A DNA stretch of 48,024 nt, taken from Bacteroidales bacterium (GTDB lineage: Bacteria; Bacteroidota; Bacteroidia; Bacteroidales; UBA12077). Where the stretch lies: positions 1-48,024 of the forward strand of contig JBKGZD010000002.1 of assembly GCA_046545795.1 (NCBI GenBank), given 5' to 3'. The notes beneath the pieces were generated by a model. The model had not been told where the DNA came from. It did no database searches and worked only from the letters and a program-made list of their open reading frames with translations. The number at the start of each line of letters is the position of its first letter. Within the stretch, counting starts at the first letter, position 1. Below are positions 8,452-17,094 of the stretch, piece by piece. Both the position numbers and the translations under genes were made by a program.

Positions 8452-11181
8452 TTAGTTTTTTTCAAAATTTTCATGGAAAAAACTCATGTATTCCATCACT
8501 GATTTATTTTCTAATAGTTCAAGGTAATTTTTAACGGAAATATAAAAATAACTATAGTCTTTTTCATTAATTTCTGAAAATACTCTATCTTCCCTTTTTT
8601 GAAGTGTGTTATAATATTTTTTTGTTTCTTCTAAAGATTTGAATCTTTTTATGCTTATTAGGGTCTGATAATCATTTAGTTCTCTTGTTTCTGTGCTATA
8701 ATCTTTTTGAAGAAAATAGTCCAGATTGAAGTTAATCAGGTCAAAATTTAACCTCCCAATATCGATATCTGTTTTATTAGCTACTACTACACAATAGTAA
8801 TTATCTGCTTCACGTACTGAATATTTACTTTCCTCCTGCTCTTCTTCTTCCTGTTCATCAGCAGTTTTTTCGTTCTGGGTGTTTTTGTTTTCTTTTCTGG
8901 ATTTATTTGCTGCAAAATGTTCTTCAAGATTTTTAAGTTCAGTTTTATCTAGATATGCAAGCATATTTTGAGCGGATTCTGCTATTTCTGTATCCGGATA
9001 TTCTTTATTTATTTTTTCAAGAGCCTTACGGTATGAGATAATATCTTCTGTTTGTCCAATGGCAAGGGCTCTCAGAAATTCAAATCGAGGGATGTATTTT
9101 GATTCTGTGTAATCTTCTTTTGCCTGCTTATAATTTTCAATTACTTTATTATAATTACCTTTTTCGTATGCTTCAAGCGTATTGGCATAAAAATTTTCTG
9201 CTTTATTTTGCTCTTCTTCCAGTTTTTTAAAATAATTTGGGTCTTCCAGAATTTTCGCATGGTTGCTTTCAGGGTATTCTGAGATGATTTTCTTTTTGTA
9301 AGAATTTGCCTTTGAATTGTTACCCTGTTCTTCATATAATTTATAAAGGTAATAGAAGCTGGATAATTTTTGTGGGTGCTCCTTATATCTTTCGTTTAGC
9401 TCTTCAAAAGATTCGATAGCTTTTTGATTGTTCTCCAGTTCATTCATATAGATCATACCAACATTAAAGTATGCGTCCTGAATTTTTTTGTGTGAAGCTT
9501 CCATTGCTGAATCAGTCAGGGGTAATTTTTCTAAATAGTATTGTCTGTCTGTTTTTGGCAATTGTTCTTCCTCATTTTCTTCTAATTCCTCCGGGTTTTC
9601 CTGTCCTGTGAAATCTGCAAACGAACTACTGGATTTTTGTGATCTTCTCCAGTTGTCTTCAAGTTCACGTTCTCCCCATTTCTGTACAAAAGATGACTTT
9701 CCTCTCTCTACAGCGGTTTCACTATAGAAATACCATTGAGAACCATCTTGAAAATTATCTCTTTGTTGAGTTGTTCTTCCACTGGTTTGCCTTTGCTGTG
9801 CCTGACGTTCTTTTTCTTTCTGGTTTTTTTGCTCTTCTTTATATTGAGCAATCATATTATCTATGGCTGTATTTCTTTCCCTTTCATCCAGTTGAGCTAT
9901 TTTTTGCAAGCTATCCTCCATACGGATTGTATTCAGATTACTTACAAGCTTGTTTAGGTTGGAATTCTTAATGTATAAATCAGTATAACCGGGATAGTCT
10001 TTTTCGAGGGAAGTTACAGCACTGTCATAGTATGCTTGTGCATTTTCATATTGTTTATCTTCGAAATAGATATCTGCTAATGAAAGATAAGTAAGACCTT
10101 TTTGGTTAGGGTTTTTAGACTCTTTCTGGGTTGCTTTTTTATAATTATTTATCGCTTCGTTGATATTGTTGTTGTTTTCTTCTATTTTTCCAAGAGCATA
10201 GTATATTTGTTCTTTAAATTCTTCATTTTTGTCTTCTTTGAGCATTTTTTCCAGCTCTTTTTTGATCCCTTCACTTTTAATACCTGCCAATTGTGCTAGC
10301 TTTGCTTTTTGGAGCTTGGCATTGAAATTCATTGCATAATCCGGCTTAATGTTAGTGACCTTTTCGTAAGTGTCGTATGCGTTTTTATGCTGTTCTTCTT
10401 CTGCATACAATTGTGCAAGAATATAAGTGTATCTGGCTTTTTTATCTTTCTGCTCAGTTTTCTCAATGGCTTTTTTCAGGGGGTCGATAGCCTTTCCTCT
10501 ATTGTTTTGTTTAAGGTAAAAATGGGTATATGTTGCTAGTAATTCCGTTTCAATTTTTTGGGGGAGGCTGTCAATTTCGTCTATTTCTTCTAAAGTCTTT
10601 TCTGCATCCCGGAATCTTTCTCTTTCAATATAACTTTTTGCAAGCCAAACGCGGGCTTCCTTGATTTCTTTAGTTTCTCTATAGTTATTTATTGTATAAG
10701 AAAAGATTTCGGTAGCTGTTGAATAGTCCATCTGCCAGAAATATGCTTTCCCCATTAGCAAGTAGCTGTCATCTACAAACTTGTTATATTCTGATCGGTT
10801 ATAAAATTCTTTTTCTTCCTGGGTGAGTTTTCTTTTGTTTTTTAATTTTTCAGGTTTTGCAGTAATTGAATGCAAACTTATAACTTTTCCTGCTTTTTCA
10901 ATTGTTCGTTCCATCTGGGGGGTTATGTTCTCTGATAATTCTTCATCCCCATAAATAAATATTGGCAATCTTCTAGTATAGTCAAACTGGTAATCTTCTG
11001 CATACCTCTTCATTCCTTCTTCAAAGCTCTCCCTGCCATTAAAGAGTATGTTGAAATATGCAGTCAGGTTGTGGTATGATCTTCTGAAAGGTGTATTTTT
11101 TTTAGTACCACATTGAGAAAACAATACAAGAACTGTTAAAGCTAATATAATATAGCTGTAAATGGATTTTTGAACCTTCAA
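8452..11181 (-). CDS. Large TPR-repeat lipoprotein; candidate PorW/SprE-type T9SS periplasmic lipoprotein
   Basis: 909-aa ORF. The lipoprotein signal has a lipobox (LVLFSQC, with Cys followed by GTKK). There are many TPR-like helical repeats and a central Gln/Glu/Lys-rich segment followed by WYFYS...KWGERELEDNWRR. The size, TPR content and lipoprotein nature fit SprE/PorW, but this was not verified by alignment. Confidence 0.5.
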   Translation of the reverse strand: MKVQKSIYSYIILALTVLVLFSQCGTKKNTPFRRSYHNLTAYFNILFNGRESFEEGMKRYAEDYQFDYTRRLPIFIYGDEELSENITPQMERTIEKAGKVISLHSITAKPEKLKNKRKLTQEEKEFYNRSEYNKFVDDSYLLMGKAYFWQMDYSTATEIFSYTINNYRETKEIKEARVWLAKSYIERERFRDAEKTLEEIDEIDSLPQKIETELLATYTHFYLKQNNRGKAIDPLKKAIEKTEQKDKKARYTYILAQLYAEEEQHKNAYDTYEKVTNIKPDYAMNFNAKLQKAKLAQLAGIKSEGIKKELEKMLKEDKNEEFKEQIYYALGKIEENNNNINEAINNYKKATQKESKNPNQKGLTYLSLADIYFEDKQYENAQAYYDSAVTSLEKDYPGYTDLYIKNSNLNKLVSNLNTIRMEDSLQKIAQLDERERNTAIDNMIAQYKEEQKNQKEKERQAQQRQTSGRTTQQRDNFQDGSQWYFYSETAVERGKSSFVQKWGERELEDNWRRSQKSSSSFADFTGQENPEELEENEEEQLPKTDRQYYLEKLPLTDSAMEASHKKIQDAYFNVGMIYMNELENNQKAIESFEELNERYKEHPQKLSSFYYLYKLYEEQGNNSKANSYKKKIISEYPESNHAKILEDPNYFKKLEEEQNKAENFYANTLEAYEKGNYNKVIENYKQAKEDYTESKYIPRFEFLRALAIGQTEDIISYRKALEKINKEYPDTEIAESAQNMLAYLDKTELKNLEEHFAANKSRKENKNTQNEKTADEQEEEEQEESKYSVREADNYYCVVVANKTDIDIGRLNFDLINFNLDYFLQKDYSTETRELNDYQTLISIKRFKSLEETKKYYNTLQKREDRVFSEINEKDYSYFYISVKNYLELLENKSVMEYMSFFHENFEKN

Positions 11182-11560
11182 TTTTTATCCTTTTTTTAAA
11201 ATTAACTTAAAAAAGTTAATGTTATTATCCTCCTAACCCGAATAATTCATGAATTATAAAAATTTATGAATATGCAGGCCAAAATTGCAAAATTTTCAGA
11301 GAAAATTAATCGCAACTATGATTTGAAGCGAAGGATTGGGGATTATACATATTCATAACTATTACAGTTCATATTGATTCTTCGGCTTGCGTTTTAAAGC
11401 TTTTGTATTTGGTCCTTCCACAGTTTTTAAATGCGGGAACTGTTTATGAAACGTCCAGGATAAAATAAATATTAATACCACAAAAGGAAATGTTTATTTT
11501 ATCACGGTAATTCCATAATACCTTTAAAAATTTTAAAATAAACTTATGAAAACTAGAAGG

Positions 11561-11803
11561 CTATTGATTTATAGCAATAACCTCTTTTACTTCCGGTATT
11601 TCTTTTTTAAGAGCTTGTTCCACACCATTTTTTAATGTGAACATGCTAAAGGGACATGTGCCGCATGCTCCTGTTAGTTCGACCTTCACTGTCAGGTCAT
11701 CTGTAATTTCGTGCAACGTGATATCTCCTCCATCTGCCATTAAATAAGGCCTTATTTTTTCGATGGTTTCTTTTATTTTTTTGTCCATTTCTTGTTTGTC
11801 CAT
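11561..11803 (-). CDS. NifU-like (Nfu C-terminal domain) Fe-S cluster assembly protein
   Basis: 80-aa ORF with DGGDITL and the CxxC motif (GACGTCP) typical of the NifU C-terminal domain. Confidence 0.8.
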   Translation of the reverse strand: MDKQEMDKKIKETIEKIRPYLMADGGDITLHEITDDLTVKVELTGACGTCPFSMFTLKNGVEQALKKEIPEVKEVIAINQ

Positions 11804-11813
11804 ATCTGATAAT

Positions 11814-12932
11814 TTATTTATGTTTTATTTCAACACGCTTGGTTGGGTCTAAATTTTTATTTCTTTTATCAATTTCTTCCATCAGTTTTTGTGCCATTCT
11901 TTTAAAGGCTTCACTGACTTGCGATTCTCCTTCAAGAGCGGATGGTTTTCCTTCTTCTCCGCTTTCCATGATGCTTTGTACAAGGGGGATTTGTCCTAAC
12001 AATGGAATATTTTCTTTTTCAGCCAGCTTTTTACATCCTTCTTTTCCAAAGATATAATATTTATTTTCAGGTAATTCTGCCGGTGTAAACCAGGACATAT
12101 TTTCTACCAGTCCTAAAATGGGTACGTTGATTTGGTCGTTGGTAAACATTCGAATGCCTTTCAGAGCATCGGCAAGGGCTACTTTTTGTGGGGTACTGAC
12201 TATTACTGCTCCTGTAATTGCCAATTCCTGTACCAGTGTCAGGTGAATATCACTTGTTCCTGGTGGAAGGTCGATTACCATGTAGTCAAGCTCTCCCCAA
12301 TCTCCTTGCTGGATGATTTGTTTCAGGGCATTTGTAGCCATCGGGCCCCTCCAGATTAGAGCATCTTCCGGCTTGATAAAAAAGCCAATAGATAACATCT
12401 TTACACCAAATTTTTCCACGGGGATGACTATTTCAGCATCTCCAACATTTTTTACCTGTGGCCTGGTGTCTTCAACATTAAACATTTTCGGAATTGAGGG
12501 GCCGAAAATGTCGGCATCCAGGAGTCCAACTTTCGCTCCTGTATTAGCAAGTGCAACTGCTGTATTCACAGCAATGGTAGATTTCCCTACGCCGCCTTTC
12601 CCCGAAGCTATCGCTATAATATTTTTTACACCGGGTAGCATCCCTTCTTCTGCTTTTTTCTTTTCTTTTTTTCTTTCAGGGGTTTTGATATTAATGTTTC
12701 CTCTTATTTGCACATTATCTTCACCCAGACTTTCCTCAACAGCCTGTACACATGCTTTCCTGATTGAGGAAATCAACGGGTCGTTTGATTTTTTTGCTAT
12801 AAGGTTAAAACTTACTTTGTTGCCTTCAATCTTAATGTCATCAATCATCCCCTGAGATACGATGTCATGACCTGTTTCAGGGTGTTTTACCTTTCTGAGT
12901 ATATCGAGGATTTGTTTATTTGAATAGCTCAT
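11814..12932 (-). CDS. apbC: Mrp/ApbC/NBP35-family Fe-S cluster carrier ATPase
   Basis: 372-aa ORF. It has an N-terminal MIP18/DUF59-like domain, the deviant Walker A SGKGGVGKST, and DLPPGTSD and ENMS motifs. Confidence 0.85.
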   Translation of the reverse strand: MSYSNKQILDILRKVKHPETGHDIVSQGMIDDIKIEGNKVSFNLIAKKSNDPLISSIRKACVQAVEESLGEDNVQIRGNINIKTPERKKEKKKAEEGMLPGVKNIIAIASGKGGVGKSTIAVNTAVALANTGAKVGLLDADIFGPSIPKMFNVEDTRPQVKNVGDAEIVIPVEKFGVKMLSIGFFIKPEDALIWRGPMATNALKQIIQQGDWGELDYMVIDLPPGTSDIHLTLVQELAITGAVIVSTPQKVALADALKGIRMFTNDQINVPILGLVENMSWFTPAELPENKYYIFGKEGCKKLAEKENIPLLGQIPLVQSIMESGEEGKPSALEGESQVSEAFKRMAQKLMEEIDKRNKNLDPTKRVEIKHK

Positions 12933-13127
12933 TGAACCTAATTTTAATTTGATTTAAATAAACACCAAAATTAATTATAATATCTTTAATTTCATATGGT
13001 TATTTTTTAATTTTTTTAAGGTCATATTGATGTTTCCATAGAAAATAATTTATCTTTTTTAAGGCCTAGGGGAACCTCCATGAGATGGTTTTTATTATTT
13101 GTGATTTTGTCATGGAGGCTTCCATTT

Positions 13128-13463
13128 TTACGTGATTAATTCTTTGCTTGGATCCCAGAATATTTTTCCAAAATCAACTACTTTATCATCTTTTACTATT
13201 ACACCTTCATTTTCCAGGAGCTGTTTCATAACATCTGCTCCCGGGAAATGGCTTTTCCCGGTTAACATTCCATTCCTGTTGACAACCCTGTGTGCTGGAA
13301 TATGTTCTTCTTTATTTTTTGAGTTGTTCAGCGCCCAGCCTACCATTCTTGCTGCTCCCGGGGCGCCGATGAATTTAGCTATTGCTCCATATGAAGTCAC
13401 CCTTCCTGGTGGAATTTGTTTAGTCACAAAATAAACCTTATCAAAGAATGTCTCATCAGTCAT
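13128..13463 (-). CDS. Alkyltransferase-like (ATL) protein: MGMT DNA-binding domain without the acceptor cysteine
   Basis: 111-aa single-domain ORF. It shows the IPPGRVTSYGAIA...RMVGWAL helix-turn-helix pattern of O6-alkylguanine-DNA alkyltransferases. The active-site motif reads IPAHRVV instead of PCHRV. Confidence 0.75.
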   Translation of the reverse strand: MTDETFFDKVYFVTKQIPPGRVTSYGAIAKFIGAPGAARMVGWALNNSKNKEEHIPAHRVVNRNGMLTGKSHFPGADVMKQLLENEGVIVKDDKVVDFGKIFWDPSKELIT

Positions 13464-14157
13464 CTTCGGGCTCTTTAAGTGTTTTTTTCTTATCTAGTTT
13501 AAAAGCCAGGTATTTTATCTTTTTATTCTGCTGGATGAATTGTTGTTCGTAGAATGTCTTTATTTCACGCAGCATTCGAATTTTTTCATCTTTATTGCTG
13601 TGGACATCGTCAAGGTCATGAATGATACTGAGATTGTTGAATTTCACCACTTTTTTTGCATAAAAGTAAAGGTCGGTGTTATCTGTTTTAAGGTGTACAA
13701 TTCCGTTATGTTTTAAAAAATGCTGGTATCTTGAAAGAAACATTGCTGATATCAGCCTTTTACGAGCTTTTTTGGGTTGGGGATCAGGGAAAGTGATCCA
13801 TATTTCATCTATTTCATTTTCAGCAAAGAGTGAGGTGATAAAATCTATTCTTGTTCTTAGAAAGTGTGCGTTTGTGATATTATTTTCCAGGGCTTGCTTA
13901 GCTCCTCTCCACATTCTTGCCCCTTTAATGTCTATCCCTATAAAATTAATTCCGGGGAAATGCCTGGCAAGGTTTACTGTATATTCCCCCTTTCCGCATC
14001 CCAGTTCCAGAATGATGGGGTTTTTGTTTTTAAAATATTCAGTTCTCCATTGTCCTTTTAACTTGTAATCTGTTTGAAATACTTCGTGAAATTTTGGTTC
14101 TGTAACATTTGGGAACGTTTTCATTTCAGCAAAACGCTCTAATTTTCTCTTTGTCAC
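13456..14157 (-). CDS. trmB: tRNA (guanine46-N7)-methyltransferase
   Basis: 233-aa ORF. It has the SAM-binding motif ILELGCGKGEY and FPDPQPKKARKR (a FPDPWxKxRHxKRR-like motif), both diagnostic of TrmB. Confidence 0.85.
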   Translation of the reverse strand: MTKRKLERFAEMKTFPNVTEPKFHEVFQTDYKLKGQWRTEYFKNKNPIILELGCGKGEYTVNLARHFPGINFIGIDIKGARMWRGAKQALENNITNAHFLRTRIDFITSLFAENEIDEIWITFPDPQPKKARKRLISAMFLSRYQHFLKHNGIVHLKTDNTDLYFYAKKVVKFNNLSIIHDLDDVHSNKDEKIRMLREIKTFYEQQFIQQNKKIKYLAFKLDKKKTLKEPEDD

Positions 14158-14642
14158 TGTTCTGATATTTTTGCTTTTTCTATATTAATGCCAAAATCCT
14201 TTATATTTTTGAGTGGATTTGTTCTCATTGCTTGCTGAACATCAATAGTATAAGTTCCACTTTTGGGGAAACGTATGTATTGTTTATAGGGCGCAGAATA
14301 TTCAAAAATGTTTCCCCATCCTTTTCCGTACCATGCGCCTCTGTCATTAGCCAGGAGCAGTTCTACTGTATCTCTGACCCTGAAGCCTTCGGGTGAGGTT
14401 GTTTCTACAAAAAGGTAGAGGTTCTGATACTGGTATTCTGAGGTATGACGAACATAAAAGAAGATGTTGTAAGCATTTACAGTATCTTCAATATTAACGC
14501 GGTAGGTAAGAATATTAGAGCTGTCCCACTTAGCGTTTTTTAAGTCTGTACTTTCATTGTATATTCTGTTAGGGTTGCAACTGTACATTAAACTGAGGAA
14601 TACAATTGCCACGATTAACCAACTAGTTTCTTTTTTTACCAT
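14154..14642 (-). CDS. gldH: Gliding motility / T9SS lipoprotein GldH
   Basis: Start is taken at the internal Met (ATG at 14642-14640). This gives MVKKETSWLIVAIVFLSLMYSC with a lipobox Cys. The mature part has the GldH-like pattern (YNIFFYVRHTSEYQYQNLYLFV...LLANDRGAWYGKGWGNIFE). The longer ORF to 14738 would overlap the upstream gene by 116 nt. Confidence 0.7.
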   Translation of the reverse strand: MVKKETSWLIVAIVFLSLMYSCNPNRIYNESTDLKNAKWDSSNILTYRVNIEDTVNAYNIFFYVRHTSEYQYQNLYLFVETTSPEGFRVRDTVELLLANDRGAWYGKGWGNIFEYSAPYKQYIRFPKSGTYTIDVQQAMRTNPLKNIKDFGINIEKAKISEQ

Positions 14643-15780
14643 TCGATTTTCGTTTTTTCCTGGAAGATTTCTTCTTTTTTTTGTTCTTAGCTTTTTTGTC
14701 AAATCGATCCAGACTTTCTTGCCCAACATTGTTTTCAAAACTTATTGCATCATCCGTAATGCTGTCTGCATCTCTCAGGGTGTCTGGCTTATTCCCCTCT
14801 TTGTTAATTGTGATGATTTGTTTTACTCTTTCTACCGATACAGGGATTAAGTTTTCTGAAGGATCGGTACTGAATGAATACCAGAGGGTTTTTTTGAAAA
14901 TATCTGTTTTTTGGTGATATGCTGTTCCTTGTTTTGTTTCCAGCAGGATTTCAGTATCCGGGAAATTTTTCTTGGCATCAATATAACAGTCTAGTTCATA
15001 ATTCAGGCAGCATTTAAGTTTTCCACACTGTCCTGCTAATTTCTGTGGATTAAGCGATAATTCCTGGTGTCTTGCTGAGTTGGTAGTTACCGATACGAAA
15101 TCTGTCAACCATGTTGCGCAGCAAAGTTCCCTGCCGCAAGATCCAATACCCCCGATGCGACCAGATTCTTGTCTTGTACCAATCTGACGCATTTCTATAC
15201 GAATTTTAAATTCTTCTGCTAAAATTTTTATAAGTTCCCTGAAGTCTACACGCTCCTCGGCGATATAATAGAATATTGCTTTGGTTTTATCTCCCTGGTA
15301 TTCAACATCTCCTATCTTCATGTCGAGCTTGAGGTTGCGGGCTATTTCTCTTGCCTTAATCATCGTTTTATGCTCAAACGAAACAGCTTCCCGCCATTTT
15401 TCAATATCATTTTCCTTAGCTTTGCGGTAAACATTCTTAAATTCTGTTTCTTGCGCGGAAATATTAAGTTTTTTTAATTTTCTGAGTACCAGCTCGCCTG
15501 TAAGGGAAACAATCCCAATATCGTGGCCTGGCGAAGCTTCCACTGCTACTATATCACCCTCGGTAAGCCTCAGTTGATTTACATTGCGAAAAATCTCTTT
15601 CCGGGTGTTTTTAAAATGAATTTCAACCAGGTCGGTAGAGCCAGGGTGAGTAGGTATATCTTTAAGCCAGTTAATGTTATTCAGCTTTGTGTAATGCTCT
15701 GGCTTGCAAAAACTACATGGCCAATTTTCAGCCTGTCGTTTTGCTGTGTCTATATATTGATTGTTTTCTTGACTATCCAT
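14623..15780 (-). CDS. PSP1 domain protein (RicT/YaaT-like)
   Basis: 385-aa ORF. The PSP1 C-terminal domain pattern is RELCCATWLTDFVSV...QCGKLKCCLNYE. It has a Lys/Arg-rich C-terminal tail. The position between holB and gldH is a conserved Bacteroidota arrangement, from memory. Confidence 0.8.
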   Translation of the reverse strand: MDSQENNQYIDTAKRQAENWPCSFCKPEHYTKLNNINWLKDIPTHPGSTDLVEIHFKNTRKEIFRNVNQLRLTEGDIVAVEASPGHDIGIVSLTGELVLRKLKKLNISAQETEFKNVYRKAKENDIEKWREAVSFEHKTMIKAREIARNLKLDMKIGDVEYQGDKTKAIFYYIAEERVDFRELIKILAEEFKIRIEMRQIGTRQESGRIGGIGSCGRELCCATWLTDFVSVTTNSARHQELSLNPQKLAGQCGKLKCCLNYELDCYIDAKKNFPDTEILLETKQGTAYHQKTDIFKKTLWYSFSTDPSENLIPVSVERVKQIITINKEGNKPDTLRDADSITDDAISFENNVGQESLDRFDKKAKNKKKKKSSRKKRKSNGKKRN

Positions 15781-15858
15781 AGTATTTGTATTTGTAACTC
15801 AATTTCCAAAATATGAGTTAGAAAAATTGGATTTTTATTCCTGCAAAATTAATGAAAA

Positions 15859-16983
15859 TTATAGTCTTAACAATTTCATTAGTTTAATGGAAAGATCGAG
15901 GAATAATGTTTTAGCGTGAGCATTCATCTGAATATCACGTGATGCAGTATTAATCTCATTGTAAATCTTTTGTGCATTGTTGTTGTTTATGAATTGTGAG
16001 AATTTAATTGAAAATTCTTTTTCTTCCTGGGTTAGAAACGTGATTTTTTCCATTTCCAGGTTCATCATAAAATTTTCTCTCACCATTCTTGCCGCATATT
16101 GCAGAAACATTCTTTGCCGTTCTCTTCCAAGTGAAGCAATTTCATCAACCCAGTTCAGAATTTCTGTAACTTTTTTTGCGTAACTCAGGCGCATTAATTC
16201 AGTAAAACGCTTAAAATTTTGCAGTTCTTCTTCGCCTGTACGGAAATAATGCAAAGCATCAATATAGCTGCCATTAGCCAGATGTACGATTTCCTGGGCT
16301 TTTTTTGTTTCTAATCCCAGGTGGTCGCTCAGAGCATTAAACATGCTTTGATCATCAATTTTCGGAACCTTAATTATTTGTGTCCTTGAAAGGATTGTGG
16401 GAAGCAGCATATCCGGATTTTCAGAAACTAAAAAGAATAGTGTATTCGGTGGTGGTTCCTCAATTATTTTAAGCAGTTTGTTGGCAGCGCTGTTATGCAT
16501 TCTTTCCGGGAGCCAAATTATCATGGTTTTGTAGGGGGATTCATAACTTTTATAATTGAGCTTTCTTATTATATTGTTACTTTCGTTGGCCGGAATGATG
16601 CCCTGTTTATTTTCAAGCTCCAGTTTTTGATACCAGTGGTTTGGATTTATATACGGGTTTTCAAGAATTGTCTCTCTCCATTCCGTAGAGTAATTATCAC
16701 TGGTTTCCGGATTTGTTTGTGAAGCTTTTTTTACCGGGTATACAAAATGCAAGTCAGGATGAATTAATTTTCTGTATTTTTTGCATGAATTGCAAATTCC
16801 ACATGAATCCTCATCCTGTTTGTTTTCGCAATTGATATATTGAGCGTAAGCAATTGCCAATGCTAATTTCCCTGAGCCATTCGGTCCTATGAAAATCTGT
16901 GCATGGCTGATTCTGTCGTCATTTACAGTCTTTATAAGTTGTTTTTTAATTTCTTGTTGACCGATTATTTCTTTGAATTGCAT
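15859..16983 (-). CDS. holB: DNA polymerase III subunit delta-prime
   Basis: Start is taken at the second Met (ATG 16983-16981; MQFKEIIGQQ...). It has the AAA+ P-loop-like GPNGSGKLALAIAYAQ and the Zn-module CGICNSCKK. An SRTQ (SRC-like) motif lies in LSRTQIIK. Confidence 0.8.
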   Translation of the reverse strand: MQFKEIIGQQEIKKQLIKTVNDDRISHAQIFIGPNGSGKLALAIAYAQYINCENKQDEDSCGICNSCKKYRKLIHPDLHFVYPVKKASQTNPETSDNYSTEWRETILENPYINPNHWYQKLELENKQGIIPANESNNIIRKLNYKSYESPYKTMIIWLPERMHNSAANKLLKIIEEPPPNTLFFLVSENPDMLLPTILSRTQIIKVPKIDDQSMFNALSDHLGLETKKAQEIVHLANGSYIDALHYFRTGEEELQNFKRFTELMRLSYAKKVTEILNWVDEIASLGRERQRMFLQYAARMVRENFMMNLEMEKITFLTQEEKEFSIKFSQFINNNNAQKIYNEINTASRDIQMNAHAKTLFLDLSIKLMKLLRL

Positions 16984-17094
16984 ATCTATTATGTCTATAT
17001 TTGTATTGTTTGTTAATCTGCGCTTTTGCAAACAGCACTTCAAAGGTAATTAAAATAAAATTTTTATATTTAACTTTAAAAAATCTACCGACTT

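Noticed and set aside
12313-12855. 180-aa + strand ORF.
   Set aside because: It is fully antisense to the strongly supported Mrp/ApbC gene. Its composition is low-complexity Ser/Phe/Thr-rich, typical of shadow frames.
13075-13118. 9-bp inverted repeat cctccatga/tcatggagg with a 26-nt loop between the ATL gene and the mrp gene.
   Set aside because: On the minus (transcribed) strand it is not followed by a U-run. The loop is large and the stem short, so this is too weak to call a terminator.
13132-14068. + strand ORFs of 100, 130 and 65 aa.
   Set aside because: They are antisense to the ATL and trmB genes, with no motifs and hydrophobic low-complexity composition.
14643-14738. Longer N-terminal extensions offered by the ORF track for several genes. 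These are gldH to 14738, holB to 17043, topA from the TTG at 33368, the rfaE-like gene from the TTG at 27367, and the hypothetical gene from 23608.
   Set aside because: The extensions precede clear native N-termini: a lipoprotein signal, the conserved MQFKEIIGQ start, the Toprim IVESPAKAKTI and the family-typical start. They would also create large overlaps or near-zero divergent promoter space. Internal ATG starts were preferred, and this remains unverified.
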